DNA of 63,913 nucleotides, filler included, from Basidiobolus ranarum (Eukaryota): NCBI GenBank assembly GCA_040143965.1. It is 3 parts of 3 records of this genome, joined end to end, with 100 filler letters (N's around TTAATTAATTAA, not from the genome) between each part and the next. Parts side by side here need not be neighbours in the genome. Positions count along the whole stretch, not along the records: positions 21,449 to 42,758 come from JASJQH010007084.1; 2 more parts are not named here. One strand, 5' to 3'. Shown piece by piece: positions 25,884 to 37,789 of this stretch (position 1 is its first letter; each line of letters starts with the position of its first letter). The notes under the pieces were generated by a model. It saw only the letters and a program-made list of their open reading frames with translations, ran no database searches and was not told where the DNA came from. The position numbers and the translations under genes were made by a program.

Positions 25884-27047
25884 ATGGATGAATTTGCTAC
25901 CTTCGATGAGTATAGTCGGATTCTAAAGAGTTATGTTATTCCTGGAATAATTTGTCTTCTTGGTGACTTGCTTGTCCGAAGGCTGCAGATTGTACCTCGT
26001 AACTTCACATCATGGGGATTGATGAAGGAGTATTTCTATGCCATTCTATTCCCAATGGATTCCATCCGTAACTATATCACTCAGTATGTGGAAATCAAGT
26101 CTACTGGAGGAATGCAGGGACATTTGGAATCTGCATTAAGATCTGCGTATGCTGAGAACGGCTACTGGGTTAATGCTTGTCCAAAGAATGTAAATGTCAC
26201 AGTAATTAAAAGAGATACTGCATTTACTGAGGCTACATCAGTCACAAAAGCGTTCACTTCTCTTCTTCATAAGCATACTATGAATATACCATCCGACTGT
26301 GTTTTGCTTACAAAGATACGCAAATGTGACATCCCACTCATACTGAAGCATAAAGTATCTGTCTCCCAAGGTCGAATTACCAAAGATGATACCACTACTA
26401 CTAAAGTATGTGCCCTCATTGTGCTTCTTGGTTGCTGTTATGCTGTGCCAACCTACCTCCTTATCACGTGGAATCTAACTCTTTCTTCAGTTCAGCATGA
26501 ACTATACCTCACAGCATTTATAAGCAACGCAATCATATTTGTTCCACTCTTCTACACTTTTGGAAAGTGTGTTGCGCCTGTGTTTGTCTCTTTGGAATCA
26601 GATGGGCCTTTTTTGAACACAGATTTTACCCTGCTATCGGACAGCTTGAGGCTCAATGAAGAAGAAGGTTTAGATGAATGGCCGAAGGACACCAAAGAGT
26701 CAACAGAAAGGCGAGTTAGAATTCGATATGAACTTGAAAGAGTAATCGGCTCTGTGGTATATCTAGCTATGTACCTGCTACTCATCTTCACCACGGAACA
26801 GCCGACTTATCGTTACATTAGAGGTTTGACGAGAATGAGTTACAAGTCATTTGAGAAACCTACTTTATTCCCTGCTGTAGAAGCGATATTACACTGTGTT
26901 CTATGCCTGATTACACTTGGAAAGTTATATTTTACTAGTAGAAGGGTCCTAACTGGCCTACAATACATTGCAAACATCTTCTCAGGCGTTTACTGCTGTA
27001 TTCGAGTACTTTTTATCACTTTGAGAATAATATCTTTGAAGTACTAA
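25884..27047 (+). CDS. Intronless hypothetical multi-pass membrane protein, 387 aa
   Basis: Long ORF in AT-rich DNA, ACAATGG start context, about 5-6 hydrophobic segments; no family recognised. Confidence 0.75.
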   Translation: MDEFATFDEYSRILKSYVIPGIICLLGDLLVRRLQIVPRNFTSWGLMKEYFYAILFPMDSIRNYITQYVEIKSTGGMQGHLESALRSAYAENGYWVNACPKNVNVTVIKRDTAFTEATSVTKAFTSLLHKHTMNIPSDCVLLTKIRKCDIPLILKHKVSVSQGRITKDDTTTTKVCALIVLLGCCYAVPTYLLITWNLTLSSVQHELYLTAFISNAIIFVPLFYTFGKCVAPVFVSLESDGPFLNTDFTLLSDSLRLNEEEGLDEWPKDTKESTERRVRIRYELERVIGSVVYLAMYLLLIFTTEQPTYRYIRGLTRMSYKSFEKPTLFPAVEAILHCVLCLITLGKLYFTSRRVLTGLQYIANIFSGVYCCIRVLFITLRIISLKY

Positions 27048-28829
27048 CAGAATAACATGAAATGGAAGCAGATAAATTTTCAACTCTACAATGGATATAG
27101 ATTGTAACATTTAGGATATTTGGAATGGGAACTCGTAAATCTTCTAATATACCTAGATGTTCATCAAAATAGTGTTATGATCAATAACATTCAATCTTTT
27201 GACAGGACTATTAGCTTCTACTACTAAGCCCTTATATTCCATAACATCATAGCGATACTTGAATGAGACTTGACATTAGGCACAGACTCATTTATGCCAT
27301 TAGCATATTTTATGATGTCAGCAATACTCTCACTATTGCAATTAAGATCAAACAGATGCTTGCCACATTGAGCAACACAATCAATATTAATGTTTGAAGG
27401 TGCAAAGATGTTGAAGTACTCTCTATGTTCTGTAAGACTAGTATCATGACCTCAATTGCTTATGTTCTTAGGATTAGGGCAATAGTTGGCTTGAAATAGT
27501 CAACAAATATAACATAATTCCTCATTTTCTAACAAGTATGAATAACCAGCCTTAACTCTTCTAACTTCATCAATTAGTCTATCTAATGCTTATGCACAAT
27601 CTTCAGTCATTTAGTATGAACTTATTACGCTTGAAAAGGGATATACCAACTATTACAATTTTAGTAAGCCAATAATGTACTAGACATTGTAAAATTATCA
27701 TGTTTTATGGATAAAGCAGTAGTTTTTACTCTCATAGAGTTTGCCGTATGTGGACACTATAATGTTGTCGTTGGTATTTTTAATACACTCTTAACCATGA
27801 TTGTTACGTATCTTAGTTCCTACCACTTTTCTGACAGATCTTTTGGCTAACCAATCGTGTAGCCTATTTGTTTCTTAGTAATATTCATCGACAGTAAATT
27901 AATGAAGAAAGCGTGGATGTTGGAATATGCTGAATCAAAGACATATCAAAATATTCATTAGATTTCCTGCCCAGAAATGTGATATCGTTGCATTGTATGG
28001 GAACTTATTGGTACCAACAATTCAATTTTTTGTTACTCATTTAGGGTTCATGTAGGTGCTCTTGTTATTACTGAAGTGATTGAGATCCTATAGCTCTTAA
28101 ATGATTTACTTTTTTCAAATACAGGAAAAGAATGAATATACCTCGCTTTTGCCGATAATATTCTTAATCAGGTAGATTTCTAACAATTCAGAATACTTTA
28201 AGATAGAATTGAAATATTGGCCAAGCAAGTTACGTGATACATATACGCCATGGATTACGGGGTTTTGCAGCACCTGAAACCCTCAAACATGTGCATTAAT
28301 TTGACCAGATGTTGGGATTAACTGGCAGTAGGCAGATATTTGATTTAAGGCCTAATCAGTGCTTCACATCCGCAATTGCCAAGACATTTTGTATTTACTC
28401 GTTAGAGTAGCAGATGAACATGTTGGAGTTATACGCTATCTCATAATACTTTGCTTTACTAATAGATATATGTTTATTTCTGCACTACCTTAATAAAGGT
28501 AAGTTGAAATTTGGACTTCACTGGATATGTTTGTGTATATAGGAGAAAGAGACTTTTCAATGCTTGTAACTAGATATGGGTGAACGAGATTCAGTATATT
28601 TTACATTAATTACTTTTATTCAATACAGTTTAATCTCGAGCTCCTAATGCTTCCAATCATCGAACCGTAAATCAGCGCCAAGATGGATTATCCATAAACC
28701 CCCCCAATGAAAACGAGAATTCGGATTGTTACACTGGTAACGTGGCTGAGGGATTGCAATATATAAACGGCAATACACACATTGTTTAAAGCAATACTCA
28801 TGCTACTTACAACCATGTTAAAAGTTGGC

Positions 28830-30527
28830 ATGCCTATTTTGTTGACTCTGCTCACTGTTCTATCCTCAAATGCGATGGTGTCACGGAAATGTCGTTGCTT
28901 GCCGAACAACGGTTGCTGGCCTGATGACCAAGCTTGGGCGAACTTCAACTCTTCTCTTTCAGGGCGGCTTTTAATGACCAAGCCTCCTTTGTATTTCTGT
29001 CATGAACCTCATTTTGATGAGGCGGCATGTAACATCGTAAGGCTCGGTTACTTCGATGGAGTTTGGCGTAGTGATCAACCAACCGCACTACAAAATACCA
29101 ACTGGGAGATGAATGGATCAGAGGGTTGTCAAAATCCAAATAAAAATGCACCATGTTTACAGGGAGCAATTCCTATTTATACTGTCAACGCTTCCAGTGT
29201 TTTGGATATTCAAAAAGCTGTTATATTTGCCCATCAACATAACCTTCGATTGGTTGTCAAGAATACTGGTCATGACTTTCTAGGTAGAAGCACTGGACCT
29301 GGTTCCCTTAGTATTTGGACTCATCACCTCAATACTACCATTTTTCATAAATCCTTCACTCCAGAAAATTGCGATAATAATATAAAAACGTCTGCGGTTT
29401 CCGTGGGAGCAGGAGTACAATGGGATCACTTGTATCAGGCTACTGAAGAGCAAGGCGTCAACGTGGTGGGTGGAGCTGGTCCAACAGTAGGGGCAGCAGG
29501 TGGATATGCTCAAGGAGGTGGCCACAGCCCTCTTTCAGTTAAGTATGGCTTATGTGTTGACAATGTTTTACAATACAAAATCATCACAGCTGATGGTAAG
29601 TTACGGACTGCAAATGCATGCCAAAATCCGGATCTTTTTTGGGCTCTTCGTGGTGGAGGTGGTGGAACTTTTGGAGTCGTGGTAGAAGTAACACATAAAA
29701 CCTATAAATCCTTTGAAAACATTATTGGTACTGCATACCAAATTAATGCTACGGATATAGCAAGTTACAAAGATTTGATCAAGGAATTCATCCATATTCA
29801 ACCAGCCTTGTCTGATGTTGGCTGGGCCGGATATTTTTCCTTGGGTGATAAACAATTATCATGGGCCTACCTTTTTCCAAATTCCAGCACAAGTTTTGCT
29901 TTAGCGACTCTTGCACCGTTACTATCCTTTGTTGGGAAGCATTCTAACCTTACTATGGGAGGAAATATCTATTCATTTCCTTCATTCCACAGTTGGTACA
30001 AAGTTTTTGGAACAGAATCTTCAGGAACCGCCGCGATCCTCGGCTCTAGATTAGTTCCGAGGAAGAATTTTGAAACGAAGGAAAGTATAGACCAACTTAC
30101 CGATGTATTACTAAAGGTTCAAGAGAAGAGCAAGTATGCTCCCATTATTGGTCACCTTGTTGCCGGTGGTGCTGTATCTCGCAACAATGGTCCGGAAACA
30201 TCCGTGCTTCCCGCTTGGCGTAGTGCTCTTTGGCACACGATAATAACAAACGGGTGGAGTGGCAACACTACTGTTGCGGAACAACAAAGATTAGCCCGTG
30301 ACTTAACCAACACGACTAAACTTTTGAGAGATATAACTCCTGGCTCAGGGGCATATTTGAATGAAGCGGATGCGAATGAGCCTGATTGGCAGCAGTCATT
30401 CTTTGGTAGCAATTACCTGCGGTTGAAAGCCATCAAGACCACATATGATCCATATGGATTATTTGTGTGTAGAAAATGTGTCGGAAGTGAAGAGTGGAGT
30501 GAAGATTTGAACTGTCCTATCAGTTAA
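28830..30527 (+). CDS. Secreted FAD-linked oxidoreductase, berberine-bridge-enzyme-like (VAO/PCMH fold), intronless
   Basis: Signal peptide, CRCLP..CWP, KNTGHDFLGRS (covalent-FAD His), GGGHSPLS..YGL..D.VL, DLFWALRGGGGGTFGVV, GAYLNEAD, FFGSNY.RL..IK..YDP and CVGSEEW. Alternative in-frame ATGs at 28800 and 28815. Confidence 0.95.
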   Translation: MPILLTLLTVLSSNAMVSRKCRCLPNNGCWPDDQAWANFNSSLSGRLLMTKPPLYFCHEPHFDEAACNIVRLGYFDGVWRSDQPTALQNTNWEMNGSEGCQNPNKNAPCLQGAIPIYTVNASSVLDIQKAVIFAHQHNLRLVVKNTGHDFLGRSTGPGSLSIWTHHLNTTIFHKSFTPENCDNNIKTSAVSVGAGVQWDHLYQATEEQGVNVVGGAGPTVGAAGGYAQGGGHSPLSVKYGLCVDNVLQYKIITADGKLRTANACQNPDLFWALRGGGGGTFGVVVEVTHKTYKSFENIIGTAYQINATDIASYKDLIKEFIHIQPALSDVGWAGYFSLGDKQLSWAYLFPNSSTSFALATLAPLLSFVGKHSNLTMGGNIYSFPSFHSWYKVFGTESSGTAAILGSRLVPRKNFETKESIDQLTDVLLKVQEKSKYAPIIGHLVAGGAVSRNNGPETSVLPAWRSALWHTIITNGWSGNTTVAEQQRLARDLTNTTKLLRDITPGSGAYLNEADANEPDWQQSFFGSNYLRLKAIKTTYDPYGLFVCRKCVGSEEWSEDLNCPIS

Positions 30528-31517
30528 CATCAATCAGCTAGGGAGTTACTATTGATTTGGATATTATCCCACTCATGTTTACACGTTCATTTTGAATCTG
30601 CTTTGTTGTCATAACAGGCTTAAGCCATAATAACAAAATGAATTGGAACTTCAATCTTCAGAATCTTACGAAATAGATATTATTAGGTGCACTTTGGATG
30701 TTCACAATCCTGATTATGGATTAGACTGTCTATTTGAGATTATGATTAGTGCCTTTTTACTAATCGTTTAACAGCAACAGTATCTTATGTTAAAGAGACA
30801 CATTATGCTTTCAATTTTTTGAAGGTACCACACCGAAAAGGGAGTAACAATCAGCGAACTAAAATGATTTGCTCCGTACTCGTGGTATTTCAATTTTTAA
30901 GCAGAGGTTATCGAGTTAAGTCGAGAATATCAAGTTTCTTTTCACAGTAGTCAAAGCCGGGTCGAATATCAAAAGAGCCATCATTGTGGCTGGTAAAACA
31001 CGGACATATCTCGCATTATTTAGATTGGTTTATATAATTCAATGCAATCAATTACAGATGCTTCTATATTATAGCATGAACCTACCTTAGTGATAGTTCC
31101 AGGCATGACGTCCCAAAAAAATAAATTATCGTAGGTAGCACAATATTGAGAAAAAAGACGGGTCTTCTATCAATTTGGAGGCAATAGGAATGGCACTTCT
31201 ATCAAACACTCAAGAAAATCCAAATATAGAGCTAGAAACCAATAATGACATCACATCCTATACCCCAGCCATGTATAATCACTCTGAAATATTTACCAAA
31301 ACTCCTTATGTAATCACCATTTTCAAATGATTATGGAACGTGACTGGTTACTATTCTTGCCCATGTACTTTAAAACGTTTCCCCTTTTCTCTCTCTCATT
31401 CATTTTGACTCTTTAACTCCCACATATAAGCTGTAATAAGGATATCTCAAATCAACAACATTCAAATCTAGTATCAATACTTTCACTTCATATCCTCTCG
31501 ACCACTCTATATCCAGC

Positions 31518-31838
31518 ATGCGCCTGAAGGGTCGCCGTTTTTATAGAATCAATGAAAATAGAGAACAAGACTTTATCGATGGGCAATTCGACATTCCATC
31601 ACCCAGTATTCCTTATGGCGCTATAGTTCAAGCACTTCTTCTTTTTATAGCAGGCTCTTTAATGCTTATATTTGGTGCCTTAGAGATCACTGGCTACTTG
31701 GATGACAGCAAGCGTACAGGAAAAGTACTACTTATCATAGGGTCCTTACTATTCATCCCTGGTGTTTACTATTCACGACACGCTTACTATGCTTACAAAG
31801 GGTATCGTGGGTATGACTTTGCTGACATTCCAGAGTAG
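31518..31838 (+). CDS. TMEM230: TMEM230/DUF872-family small membrane protein
   Basis: IPYGAIVQALLLFIAG...LLIIGSLLFIPG.Y....AYYAYKGYRGYDFADIPE is the typical two-TM TMEM230 C-terminus. Confidence 0.88.
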   Translation: MRLKGRRFYRINENREQDFIDGQFDIPSPSIPYGAIVQALLLFIAGSLMLIFGALEITGYLDDSKRTGKVLLIIGSLLFIPGVYYSRHAYYAYKGYRGYDFADIPE

Positions 31839-33079
31839 GATTAAGAAATAGATTCAATTTACTTGCTTGCTGTAAATCAACACAAGATCTATTAGGTATA
31901 GCAAGCGTTAGTTGCACCTCTTATTTGTTGTAAATTTTCAAACCATAGACCCCGATATGCAAGTAAAGGGGAATTGGAATCGTCTCGCGGTACTATCTTC
32001 AACTTGCTGTTTAATACATAAAAATAGTTTTTCTTAGTTATATTTCCATGACTTCTTTCTACCAGAATACCAATTTCTTCCTTACCATTATATAAATGTT
32101 TCTTTCACCAAAAAATTCAAGCAGATGAATAATATATTTGCAGTCGCTGACAAGTTCAAACTCCACATTAGTGCCCCTATCAATAACTCTCATGAGATTC
32201 ACAATATGCTCACCAATAAGGGATATTTTGTGGGTTTGAATACTGTCGAAGGGGTTTAGACGCTGTAACATAATTTTATGTTGGAGACTTCAAATTCAAG
32301 TTGCATCGAAACCTAAAACCATATTAAAAGGAGGCGTGCGAATGGTGAGCTATTTTAAGTCGAGAATCATAATCTACCTGGTAACACTTTCAATTTGGGA
32401 TAAATATGTTAATGATGATTTGAGTTTGGATCATATGTTAACCTAACTGTATGTTCAGTCCAGAATTCAAACTGTGCACAAATCCTCTATAGACTTTCAA
32501 TACCCGTTAAGATGCTTGCGTCAAGGTCAAGAGACCACCAGAAGTTTCACTAAACGCTTGAATAATGTGCTGAGGGTAACTCGATACAAGCTCTACTGAG
32601 CCTCTAATATTAAATGTCGCAGTCAGTAAAAGCTACAATTAAAGATGTACATATTCGCAAGAGTCACAGTGAAGTCAATTGATGCTCATTACAAAAACAG
32701 CAATTTAAGCCTTCCCATTACTGTATTGTAAAGTTGGGCTGAAGAAGGGATGGAGCCTACACTTACGAGCGTACTATTTGACCTGATGCTATTTTAAGAT
32801 TCCCTGGCACGTAGCGCTTCATTTTATCGAAGTATACATGATTCCCTTATGAAACAAAGCCATGATAACTCGATTATCCTGTAACTTAGGAATTTCCAAA
32901 CAATTTCATCTTTTTGAAACGAGACCCACGTCAGGAAATTCTCTTTCACTTCATACCAGTTGAAACTGTTATAACCTTTTTCTGAATTAAAATTGAAGCC
33001 GGTATAAAATTAGCATCCCTCTTAGTTAATTTTGGTGCAAAGATTTTCTGACTCTAATAATCTAGTAGAAACTCGACCA

Positions 33080-34171
33080 ATGCGTTCAAAACTATCTCTC
33101 TGGATTGTCTTTTCGTCTACCATAGTCTATGGAAGTGCGCAACAAACCTATGAGAGAAATTACCTCTCCAAAGGTTGTGAAACCAGGAAAGGCACTGATG
33201 GATTTACATATAGAGATTGCATCAAACCCACCATTCCGCCACCTAAGGAGGGTCCCTTTTTGTCTTTGTCGGGAGAACAGATCGAGTCTCGCCTAAATCA
33301 CATGTGCCTAGAGCCGGAGAATAAGTCTGAACAAGGTAGGATACTGATGCAAAAATGCGAAGGCACGCCGAGAAAGCAGATGATACGATTTAAATCAGTC
33401 AAAAGACCTCAAGGCTTCAGCAACCTTATCACCCACTCTGGATTGTGTATAGAAAGTAATGATAATGGGTATTTAGTACAGGCATATTGTCAGCCAAATG
33501 ATCCGAGCCAACTTTGGGAAAAGATTTTCTTAGATAAGCGCAACTTAAATTATGTGCTTAGAAACGCCGATACGGACCAATGTCTTGTTGCTCCTAAAGA
33601 TACTTACTCGCCCGGAGCTCCTGTTTCTCTTTACAACTGTGCTAGTGTTCTGTCACAAGCTTGGTTGAACCATAGTCAAACTTCGAAGATCATAGATCCC
33701 AAACCACTACTTGAAACTCCGGTCCAACTAGAAAATGGTCTTAACGAGTTAAAAGGGAAAATATCCATGTGCCTTGAAATAAGCAACGAAGTGGGAGCAA
33801 GAGCAATACTCAAGCCCTGTAAACGTAGATCAGTTGCTGGTAATCAATTACTCACCTTTTTGACACGCTCGACCTCTCCTCGTTCAGGAGTTTTCAGAAC
33901 TGCGAGTGGGTTATGTTTAGAACGCAGTCATAAAGGGTATATTATACAGAAGAAATGCGATTGGAATGAGAAGCAAATTTTCAAAAATAATAGCAAAGCA
34001 TTTTATGGTGGGAAGGAGAGAAGTATATATAAAGTAGGAGTCAAAGGAAGCAGCTGCTTGGACATACAACAAGGCTACACTGTTGGTGAAGTGCCTATCA
34101 TTGCCACTTCTTGCAGTTCAGAGCCAAGCCAGGAGTGGTACAACTACAACCGAGACCGTAAAGATAATTGA
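33080..34171 (+). CDS. Secreted protein with two ricin-B (beta-trefoil) lectin domains, intronless
   Basis: Signal peptide MRSKLSLWIVFSSTIVYGSA; six subrepeats with CL(E/D/V)...C...QxW-type ends (MCLE/KQMI, LCIE/SQLW, QCLV/SQAW, MCLE/NQLL, LCLE/KQIF, SCLD/SQEW). Confidence 0.85.
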   Translation: MRSKLSLWIVFSSTIVYGSAQQTYERNYLSKGCETRKGTDGFTYRDCIKPTIPPPKEGPFLSLSGEQIESRLNHMCLEPENKSEQGRILMQKCEGTPRKQMIRFKSVKRPQGFSNLITHSGLCIESNDNGYLVQAYCQPNDPSQLWEKIFLDKRNLNYVLRNADTDQCLVAPKDTYSPGAPVSLYNCASVLSQAWLNHSQTSKIIDPKPLLETPVQLENGLNELKGKISMCLEISNEVGARAILKPCKRRSVAGNQLLTFLTRSTSPRSGVFRTASGLCLERSHKGYIIQKKCDWNEKQIFKNNSKAFYGGKERSIYKVGVKGSSCLDIQQGYTVGEVPIIATSCSSEPSQEWYNYNRDRKDN

Positions 34172-37079
34172 AATAAAATCGCTTTCATTTTGAACTGAAT
34201 ACACTATTACTAATGTCATTTTTCTTGAAATATTTCTCACATTTGGAAAGATTCACTGGCAAAAAAGAAATGAAACGATGAGGACTCAGATCGCCAGTGC
34301 CACTGTAACATAAAGCAGCCTTCACTATGCATGGCCTTTAATCTGTATTTTAAGATTAAGAACAATCCTAGCTTGGAATCAGTTTCATCTGGCAAGGAGG
34401 TATCTAGTAGCGGTATATGAAACAAATTGGCAGTGCAATAATTGAACGCTGAAGCAGGGTACTAAATCTAGCTGGTTTTACTTGTCATTAGTCACTATAA
34501 TGCTATAAAGCGACAATCAAATGAATGAATTTTGATTCATCACCTCATTCGATTTCTGAGAACAACTGAAACTACTCACAAATTTAGCAAACCCAATTTA
34601 TTCAATGCCCAAATTAGCTCAAACCGAAGCCTGTCAATAAACGAAGCTAGCTAACCTTGTGGTTGGTAAGATTACTAGGAGATGGACTGCAATAAATAAT
34701 GCAAATATACAACCAACGCATTATCATATCTTTTAACTAGGCAACAACTAGAGCAGAATCCCTGATACGAAAGCGGATACCAACTCCAAAAGAGGTACTT
34801 TTTTAATAATTGTATTCCAAGGCTAGAGTAACTCCTGTTGTACATATACATTCACGCCTCGATAAACGCCGGGTTTTCGCCATTACTTGATATGGTACTC
34901 ACTGAACTTCATAGTACTGAAGAAAACTTAAATTCTAAACGAAATAGGTACCTCCATACAAACGAACCAACTGGTATTACCAACCAACATCGAAGAGTTA
35001 CACCACATCATCCCAGATAATGCACAATGCAGCGGCCACCACCGTTGGCCAAGATACCATCAGAAACAAAAGCACCATATCCAGTAAGTATTAACCCTCG
35101 GTTCTACTTCGGATACCAAAGTTCAAGGAGTTACAGTATCCACTCAATCCGAATGTCTACAGACTCAAAATCGATGGGTAATATTTAGGAATTGATAGCA
35201 AGCATGCGACTAGCCGTCAACTCAACTCGCATTATGACTCGTTATGGTAGTCTGGCCTCATATTAGCCAAACCTGAATGCACCCATTTGAAGCATGGAAA
35301 AGGTAGGCTTCGCCTCATCTTGTGATATCTGGCTGTAGATAATTAATGATCGGCTTGATGCATTGAGTTTAGAAACAGGTGAAAAAAATTTCATTTCTCA
35401 AGAATTACCATAGAAACTGGCTCCCCCATTTATCATGTGAGCACACCAACTCATGGTCATGAAACATGCAGATCTCTGGCGTACCAGCCAAGTATGGCGC
35501 TATCATCAGGATCAAGTAGTACATTTTGTCCTCTGTACAATGGCCAACTGTATTCACTAAACGAAAGAATCGCCATTACGGTTTAGTATCTCCTACCACT
35601 AGAATGACGACTTCTCTCTTGTGGCAGTAAAAAGGTTAGCCCTAAGATTCCGCTGATAATGTTCGATGTGAGATCGAAAGTCTCAGATCTTGGATTTATC
35701 CGACTAGATATTCCGACAGATATGTCCTATTTTACAAGGATTGATCACCCTGAATAATCGGTATACTGGAGATATATATTAGGGTTATGCCGGGCAGCTG
35801 CCTCGGCCAAAAAGGAAGACACTCCTCCGATTATATATCTTCAATCCTTACCTCATGTAATTCTGAATGGTTTTTGTAGAGTAAAAAAAGAGATATCTAT
35901 GGAAGGCTATATCTAGCAAGAATCCTTACGTGGTTGAAAGCTCATGCAGTAATACAGTATGGCTCGAGAATCAGATCAACTGCATGGCTATTATAGATGT
36001 CGGAATAATTCATCTTCTTTATCCGTCGGATTGCAGCGAAATCAAACCCCATTATGGTCATTATAGTAAATGTCGCCTTCATTCCACTCAAGTTCGATAT
36101 ATAAATGATATTCTAAACAAGTATGACCTATTCAATTTAGGAGGTGAAGTATCACAGATACACCTTTGTAGATCACCACCACAATACCAGCTTGGGAGAG
36201 GCTTTCATAAGCCGATGGTTTCCCCCATTTCTGGCCGATATCGTTTCCAATTATCGAAGTGGTTCTTAAAAAGTACAAATTTTGAATACTCCAGAAGATA
36301 AACTACACGCTATACATGTAGAACGGGCCGAACTCCCTTGAACCAGAGATATTCTTCAGTTCATCTGAAATCCACGAACACTCTTCCAAAAAAGAAATCC
36401 ATTTTTTGTGCATTCTTGTACATCCATTTTTAAACTTTATTATTTCCCATTTTATTCTGTATCCCTTAACTGTGTAAAAGAATCACTTCCCTTATATTAT
36501 TCTCGCCTTTTTGTACATCCAAACTCCCCCCAGAGTTGGCGCATGTAATTCGGACAAACAGTATTCAGATTTACTTAGTACGCACTGTGTAGACAACCTC
36601 ATGACACTCACCAACATATACATACATGACCACGACTGCTTTGATTAAAATTTTCGAACGAATCAGTTCGTATATTGTGAATGAATCCTCTGAAACAAGT
36701 AACGGGTTTACTGGATTAGTGAGACTGAATTTCTTGGAGGTAAATCACCGAATTTCCTTACTTCATTCTTTGATAAAATAAACTAAAAATACAAGTAGTG
36801 GGTTTACATTCGATTTCAAAAAAAAATTCAGAAAGGTAAAAGTGTGATTGGAGAGGAGAGGTGGGATGGAGGTGGCCAGCGAAGGGTGGAGGGAAGGGGA
36901 GAAAAGGGGAAGTAAAGAAAATTAAGTAATAAAAACACCAGGTCAAAATAAGTGAAAGTAAACCATCACGACATCATGAAATGATCGAGGGCTCTAATTA
37001 CAACAGATCATTCAAGTAAAGTAAACTAAGCTATACTAAAATCTTGCAATCCAGGCAAAATTGAATTCTACGTAGAGAT

Positions 37080-37789
37080 TTAATAATCAATTAACTCTAC
37101 GTAATTCTCAGGTATTAATCCGATACGGTCTTCCAAATAACCGACAAGCCAGCCTTCGCATTGTTTGTATTGAATATTAAGAATATCATCTTCGCAAAAG
37201 CTAAGCTCGTCGGGATTCTCAGCTGTAAAGTCGTAGAGAGCGCGAACCTGAACAAACTCCACATCTTCCTCTTCTTCGACGTATTCGCCCCAATGACGAG
37301 GATCATCCTCTGGGTAGGCGAAATCCCGGATTTTGAGTTCTGGTGAAAAATGAGGTTAATTTGAGTGACTCTAGAAGAATACATATCACAAGCAATATAC
37401 AACATACCTGGTTCATCGCTATTCTGTGATGAGGCCTATTTGAGGGGAAAGGAAGTTTCCAATAAAATGATCAGACAATTGACTTGACAAAGCTACTTTG
37501 CTAAATACCACTTACCTCCTCTGTTTCGGTTTCTTGTTCGTACTCAGCTGGCCCAGTCTCGGAGACAGGGTCAAACCCTAGGAAATCGATATTTTCTTTT
37601 TGTAGGAGAAATTTGGTTTCTTCAATTCCGTGATCATTAAGGTAATCGTCTAGAAGTAAGCAAAGATTATTAAGAGTAGGGTAGAAACACAGCTTTGTGG
37701 AAGTACTTGCCATTTTTAATTTCATAGTTTTGGTCAAGTGAGGGTGGGTTAACTAGGGTACGCTCAGCGTTGGCCAAATAAGTCAGCAT
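37080..37789 (-). CDS. NBP2: SH3 adaptor protein, Nbp2/Skb5-like (4 exons)
   Basis: IRDFAYPEDDPRHWG precedes a C-terminal SH3 domain (ALYDFTAENPDELSF...EGWL...GLIPENYV); the DFAY..P.H.G motif is typical of Nbp2/Skb5. First intron is GC-AG. Confidence 0.8.

Noticed and set aside
32059..32450. Exon-like fragments on the minus strand between TMEM230 and the lectin
   Set aside because: Stops in all frames after the putative splice sites and no recognisable motif; cannot be supported as a gene.
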